Translations under genes and position numbers: made by a program
Notes under the pieces: model-generated
The model's database searches: none
Told to the model about the DNA's origin: nothing
The model's input: the letters and a program-made list of their open reading frames with translations, nothing else
Source of the DNA: Azolla caroliniana
Lineage: Eukaryota > Plantae > Polypodiophyta
Assembly (NCBI GenBank): GCA_043228905.1
Contig: JBHGNT010000010.1
Coordinates: 11,160,001 to 11,224,000, forward strand
Direction: 5' to 3'
DNA: 64,000 nucleotides
In this document: positions 57,384 to 64,000 of the stretch, one piece after another
Layout: each line of letters begins with the position of its first letter
Position numbering within the stretch: the stretch's first letter is position 1

Positions 57384-59066
57384 TCAAGACTGCAACACCA
57401 CTCCCGGATTCTGCAGCTTGAGGGCCGCCGAGAGGCCCGAACGCGATGACACCTTCCCGAGCGCATCGGCAGTCTTGGGGCCATATAAAGCTGCCTCCAT
57501 GGCAGCTGCTTGTGGGTCTCGATCGAAACCAGTCTTGGTCGATACAGCGGCCGCACACGCACATGAAGACAACATCGTGGCGGCTGCTCGAGCCTGAGCC
57601 TTAAAGAAGGAGATATCCATTTCTTGCTTCATCGCAACGGGTTGGAGATCAGCCTGCGCGTGAACAAACCCTAGCCCTAGTCCTAGCCCTAAGAGATCGT
57701 CTTCCGAGCTTTTGGGCGTGATGCGGGAGGAGGTGGGTGCCGTGGTGCGCCTGTAAGACGCGAACCATTTGCTGAGCATGTAGCGTTGCTTGCGCCACGG
57801 AGGCAAGTGCAGGCCCTGATCTTTCAATGACCTCTTCGCAGATGCACACATGGTCTTGACAATCTGTTTCAGGTGTTCGGGCCGGCCCACAAATAGCCGG
57901 GGCAGGGCCGCCATGAGCTCCCGATATTGCTCCGATGCACGCGCAATCTCGAACTGAGCCTTGAAATCTATGTCCACTATGTAGCGATCCGTCTTGCCAT
58001 CCACACTACTCACAATCACATCGATATACTCATAGTCACCTGCAATTTAATTACATATATATATGCAAACATTGAAATTGATTGTATTGTGATTACTCAA
58101 CTCTCCCCTGTTAATACATCAAATCAATGGGATAATAATTCTGTTTTTGTGCTTGATGACCACTACATACCTGCTGGTAGGCCACCCCCATGGCTCCATC
58201 TCGATTTGCATATGGCCGCGTTGTGTCCATCCCTTCTCAATCGCTTCATGATTGCCCGGCGAACCCGTCCATCCACACCCCCCATAACAACATTACTGTT
58301 TGTGCTGCTGCCATCTGTGCACGCAATATCCATCTCCATCTCTTCCATCGCACTCCTTGCATCGGCCTCCAGACGCGACTCCACCATGCTGCCACTACTT
58401 AATGCAACACCCTGCCACAACCCAACCCATCAATATAAATCTAAATCTAAATCCAAAGAAGCACTGTATGGAAAAAATTGTGGATTTTAGAGTGCTGATT
58501 TAATTTTAATTTACTCCAACTATATAACATACCTCGACGATCTCGCGGAGCTGATGCTCTATAGGTAAGAATTGATCATCAACTGCGGCATTGAGCTCAC
58601 GGCTCTCAACTTCATCGTTCATCCCGCATCCTTCTTCGTGAACAAAGGATGGGCTACACGCTCTATCGATGCAGCAATTGCAGCGTACACGGCCGCAAGC
58701 AGTGGTGGTGTCCAAGGCTGGATCGGCCTCTTCCAGAAACTCATGGACCATGGCGTGTAGGCACACAGAGGTGGGATCATGGTGGCTTCCGCTACTACCA
58801 TAGTTGGGGACAGGGGATGGCGGTTTCACATTGACATTGCGGCCAGGAGCAGTTGAGGAGGAGGATGGATCGGCCACCGGCACCATTTGGAAGCTTGTGT
58901 GAAACGCCGGAAGCGGGCGAGCCACGAGGAGAGGAGGAGGAGGAGGAGGCATGGCAGCGGCGGTAGCAGGAGGCCATGGGGAAGGAGCCTTCGGATTTGA
59001 AGATACTGCGGGGGAAGCTCTATAGCGCACGTTAGGGTAGTAATTACTAGGAAGGGCAGGAGCCAT
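57384..59066 (-). CDS. DUF506 (PDDEXK_6 family) plant protein, 3 exons: 59066-58533, 58411-58171, 58039-57384 (476 aa)
   Basis: SVCLHAMVHEFLEE, RCNC, LRRDGHNAAICKSRW, PAG|DYEYIDV, DIDFKAQFEIAR, HLPPWRK.RYM..KW; GT-AG introns of phase 0 and 1 keep the frame (1431 nt). Confidence 0.93.
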
Positions 59067-59108
59067 GTAAAGGAGGAGGAGGGGAGGATGTCTGTATGTA
59101 TGTGTCTT

Positions 59109-59147
59109 TCTTCTTCTTCTTCTTCTTCTTCTTCTTCTTCTTCTTCT
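59109..59147. repeat. (TTC)n / (GAA)n microsatellite in DUF506 5' UTR
   Basis: Direct reading. Confidence 0.9.
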
Positions 59148-59575
59148 TTTGTTTCTCTGAGTGTGTGTTTTGTTTGTGTTGATGTTCGATATCTCTCTCT
59201 CTATATATATATGTATGTATGTATGTGAGGCTATGGAGAGAAGGGAGAGATTTTCACGAACAAGTAAAAGAAGAGAAGAGATTCTTTCTTGGTTGGTTGG
59301 TTGGTTGGTGTCTTTGTTTTTAAACGACAAAAAAAGAAGAGAAGTAGAAGGAACAGATATTATGATAATAATCCATGTATTTATCTATCTATCTATGTAC
59401 ATATTTGTATTCGTATTCGTATGGGACTTGATTCAATTCAAAGTCTCCGGGAGAGAGAGAGAGAGAGACCAGCGACCACTGCTTCGCTGAAGCCCACATA
59501 TATGTACATACATACATACATACAATACAACGGCACTTGCTAACTTTAGAGGGGCAACGCCAGATCAGCTCTATT

Positions 59576-59860
59576 GCCACGTCGTGCGACGGGCACGTGG
59601 ATGAGTCCGGCGGCTGGCGGGCGTCCACGTAGGTTCGGCAGCAGCCACGTCCCCCCAGAACGAAGCGGCCGCCCGGTCTGCCGAAAAGAAAAAGCTTTTT
59701 CGATCTCCAACAATTTTACGTAATTACTACTCTATCTATCTATCTATCTATCCCTCTCACAACACGTCAAAATATAAGAAAAAGAAAGAGAGTCAGTCAG
59801 TGTCTAGAGAGAGAGAGAAAGATAAGGTGTCTCAAATGTGTAGGCCTCCCTCCCACGTCA
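59576..59860 (-). promoter_or_regulatory. ACGT-core (ABRE/G-box) cluster upstream of DUF506
   Basis: GCCACGTC at 59576 and 59644 (ACGTGGC on minus), CACGTG at 59594, further ACGT cores at about 59627, 59718, 59764 and 59855. Confidence 0.6.
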
Positions 59861-62800
59861 CCAAGCGAATCTTTGGTGGGCTTGGTTCGCGTTCACACGC
59901 GGTCGCGCGCGGCGAAGCGCCAACGACAGCCTTACCCTCTCTCTCTCTCTCTCTCGATTTGCTTTTCTTCTTCTTCTTCTTTATCTAATAATAAATGATC
60001 AATAATAGATAACGAACTCATTTAACAATTTATTTTATTTTTATTTTTATTTCCAAAAGAACATTTCACACTTAATTTATTTCTTCTTTTGTTTGGGTTT
60101 GTAAAAATACATAAAACCTTCACTTCGACCTCTTTCCCCCAAAATACATATATAAACATCGCGAGGAAGCCCTAAAAGTCAAGTCCCGACCCGACGACTC
60201 CCGACCTACCTTATGTCTCTCTCTTACCACCCCGCTCAAGCATCTTTTGTATATTGTCGGAGCTGTGTCATGTCGCATGCTGAGTGAGTGTGTTTGTGCA
60301 AGAAAATACCAAAATACTAATGCTTGTCTTTGGTTTTTGCTCCCACCTTTGCACGATCTGTTTGTTAGCATGCATCCTCTCTTTTCTTGAAGGGTCCCAA
60401 TCAATAATGCAAGTGAACACTCTGCTTTGTCAATTGTTGCCACATCACAGTTTCCACCCCCCCCACATGAACCGAGCCTCGGCATTAAGTTTTATTTACA
60501 CCCTTATGGCCATGTGCACAGGATCTTTGCCTACTACTATTATGGATATTTTAATGATATAACTACAAAACATTGTTCAAGTGTCAGAGGGAACTTTTTT
60601 CCAAGTTCCAATTCATCCAACACCTTGGAAAACCACGTGCAAACGTCAGATATAGATATTATTGTTGATGTAGCATGGCTCTCACTATATCGGCATTCGT
60701 GTTTAAATCATTTTACTACATAGTCAGCACGCATGTGCCCATTATGTGTTAATATTTTCTACGTGTACCTACACCTATCGTCATATCTCAAAGGTTTTTC
60801 CTTTTAAATAACAAATATGTCAATGTCCTTCTCTCGCATGCGTAATAATGTTATCATTCCCGTTCAAAGAGTAGAAAATGAAGCAGGTGTGAAGATACAA
60901 GTAGATAAGTCTATATAATTTCACCTAGACCAGTATACGTCATATTGCTTATTGTATGATATTATGTAATGATTCATGCCTATTCAAACACGTGCAATCT
61001 TATCCAATACACACAATAGGAGAAGTCTTTCTCTTGATTTTGTGTATAGAGGTATTCCATAAAATGTTCAATAACTATAATTGTCAATGTGTTTACAAAT
61101 ATCACATTGAATGAAATAAAAAATGAGGTAAATCTTTTTGGAAAGAAGAAGAGGAGGTAAATAGACTTTTTTTTAATTGATGTATGTTTGCATATATCTT
61201 GCTAACTTTGAGATGTACATTGAGCACTCTTTTGGAAAAAAGACCCGAAGACCCTATTACTTTCTTACCAAATGCTAGAGAGTATCCCAATGTTTCTCAA
61301 AAGCTACAATAATACCCCTACATTATAAGAACATAACTTTGTAGAAGTGAAATTGCAAAGGCCATGGGATGTGCTTGTCATTTTCTTAACCTAGGGATAT
61401 TCTAGTTGATGTCCTGAAAGTTAGGGGCATTTTGGTGTTTTGCCCCTATTGTCTACTCGGGAGTCTTCCTACTAGTAGCATGTAAAAATCATGACCTTCC
61501 TACCATTTTTGGATATTGAATATAGAATCCAAAAGAGTTTGAATTTTAAGTTTTCATCTATTGCCAAGAGGGAGAGAGGGAGACCTCGATGTTAACATGT
61601 TTTTATCGGTGAACATAAGTAACCCAACAAGAAGTGAGAATGGTTGTCAATATTTTCTATGTGTTGGCAACCTAAGTAAAGTCAAGCTTAGAGACTTTCA
61701 TGAGCATGTAGGAGAATATATTAGATGCATGGCATGAAAGATGGAGTCAACATGTTTCGTGTTGCAACTTCTTTTTAATAGAGAAGTCTGATTCATAGGA
61801 GTAGGACAACCGCGTGCATTGCCCTTGTTAGACCTCCCAAAGAGGCATGCAAACTAGCACAACGATTATGAAACCATGTTAACTAACTAGATATTGTGCC
61901 ACATTAACCGTGTACTTTAAATGGGTATAGATGGGTGGGGATATAGTAAAAAAATTATATAGTTAGCGATTCCTATATTCACATTTTTTAAATGAACTAA
62001 ACTGACATAAAGTTATGAACTTTGGAGTGAACTAAAATATCTATGAACCACTTCACTTTATTAATGACATTATGAATCACTAATTCTCCTTTTTAATTAA
62101 GCAAATAGGATTTTATTTATCCATCATAACCCTCCCACACGCGCACATAGAGAAAAAAGTGCATGGTTTTGATTCACATTCTTGTTTTCTGACAATAATT
62201 GCTTTTCTACATTTTATATGTAGACTTGAAATCGATGTTAGTGGATTTTGCAATTGTATGAAAATTTCTCACAAATATCTCAACTTGACATGCTAGGACC
62301 TATGATTCCATAGTGTGGAGATTGATTGATGTTCTCTGTGAATAGTTGTGAATGTTTAATTAGATCTAATTTTCCAACTTTTGTCAATGTACTTCCATCT
62401 CTTTTTGATGACTTTTTATTTATTAAGGACAAGATATGAGCAATGGGACGTCTTGGAGATTAGTGTCCCAATCAACAACTATCCAGTTACTTTAAGGGTA
62501 TGATGAGTACTTCATTATAGCATCTCCATCATTTGGTTTTTTATCGAGAGATACCAACGTATAGTTAGTCCTATACTCTATAATCCATTCTGATATAAAA
62601 CATGATTTGCATGGAAAAAATTACTACATTTGTTGAACATGATAATCTCTTGGTTTTGTATTGTTTAGTTGAATAAGGTAAAACTAGAAAAACCCTCAAG
62701 TATAAATGTTCTCTTGGGTGCCTCTAAGTAGAGTGTTATACTTACACATCTAGATGATATGAGAAATTGTGTACAATTTGTATTGGGTTGCTTCCATAGA

Positions 62801-64000
62801 TTGATACATTGTCACATGCAAACATATCACAAATGGATTTTGTGACTTGCCAATGTATGGTAGTTCAAGCACCTGGATACCATAGTTCCTTAAGACTCCC
62901 TTGGTAATACCTTTCATACGCTTGATTTAAAAGAAAGATCAAAGTACAACGTTTCTAATATTTCATGTTTCATGAGATAATAAGTCTTGTTTGCCTTCAT
63001 AATTTAATTTTCATTTTGATCAATTATTTTTGAAATGATTTATTTTTTCCAAAAAAAGACCTACATTCCCATTAGTTTGGAGAGATTATTACAAAAGGAT
63101 ATACAAGGTGGCTTAAGGCTATGCAAGGTGGTTTATATAATAATTATTATTATTATATTTTGAAATGTTATTTTCATGAAACCATATATGTACTCATTAG
63201 AAAAAGGCATCAAAGTGCCTGATTAGATTATACTCAATGCGTTCCTATGTTCCTATTTACATTTTACTTGTTTTCATCTTCCAATGTTCACTCCAACATT
63301 GTCAAGAGTTGATCAAATTTCCACATCTATATGGAAACAATATACATGTGCACTTGGCATTGAACTCTATCCAAATGTTTGGGTGAATTAAATTGGTCAA
63401 ACCCTAAGAGTGTTGAACTAGCTGTAGGTATTTCAACTTTGTAACAAAAACTTCTTTTCACCATCATTATGAAAGTAACACTTTTGTAGAATTTGGTCAC
63501 TTTACCTATAAGTAAAATGTTGATGGGGTCATAACAAATCCACCACTTTATTATGTACAAGGAAAATGTTGATAGGGCTCATAACAAAATTCACATATTT
63601 AGTTTCGCGATTAGCCAAGCCAAAAATTGCGTCAATCACATTCTCATTTTGATCGGATTCCTCTAAATGAACTTGGGAAAGCATACTTGAACGTTGTATT
63701 ATGTTGAGTTGGGGGCTTATTGAGGCTAGATATGGCTAGGTTAATTAATACTAAATAATTTATTATTCTCCAACTCATATTGATTTGCCTAACTCATTGA
63801 GTAAATGTAACATACAACCATACAAAAAGTAGCATCTTTGGCACTACCAATATTTAGCTATATCTTTGATTCATCACTTCATCACACAAAGTTCACATTT
63901 TAATAGCAAAGGATTTGATGGGGCCTTTCTAACTATGGGTATGTCTAGTACTTTCAAGTTTCATGTCCTAAGAAATGAATTGTGAGCGGCAAAATGCCTT

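Noticed and set aside
59067-59330. N-terminal poly-Arg extension of DUF506
   Set aside because: Non-ATG start running through (GAA)n and other microsatellites; this is 5' UTR.
61395-61402. P1BS (GGATATTC) phosphate-response site for DUF506
   Set aside because: Single degenerate 8-mer 2.3 kb upstream; expected by chance.
60700-64000. Short ORFs and a small duplication (63517-63590) in AT-rich DNA
   Set aside because: No recognisable domain or splice-consistent gene model.

Overview
Eukaryotic DNA, most likely from a non-seed land plant (fern, lycophyte or bryophyte; inferred from the TE lineages and PBS types). About 56 kb is one deeply nested transposon island. It holds at least six Ty1/copia insertions, one of them an intact and very young 5.46-kb element with a 1357-aa gag-pol. 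It also holds Tcn1-like chromoviruses, a tRNA-Trp-primed non-autonomous Ty3/gypsy element with three related solo LTRs, an unclassified direct-repeat element that left no target-site duplication, and an intron-containing Sola2-like DDE transposase broken into four pieces. A single host gene follows: a 3-exon DUF506/PD-(D/E)XK gene on the minus strand (57384-59066) with an ACGT/ABRE-rich promoter. The rest is AT-rich intergenic DNA. The least-explained signals are: (i) antisense tRNA-like A-box/B-box cassettes in the LTRs of two unrelated gypsy lineages and inside pol; (ii) a gypsy lineage whose four insertions all have 4-bp TSDs centred on CpG, three of them within about 210 bp of host DNA; (iii) a TSD-less, PPT-less element with a tRNA-Arg-like PBS and a sense tRNA-3'-end mimic; (iv) copia elements with two PPTs and an in-frame Pol tail. 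All alignments and counts were done by eye, and lineage names come from recalled family motifs rather than database searches.
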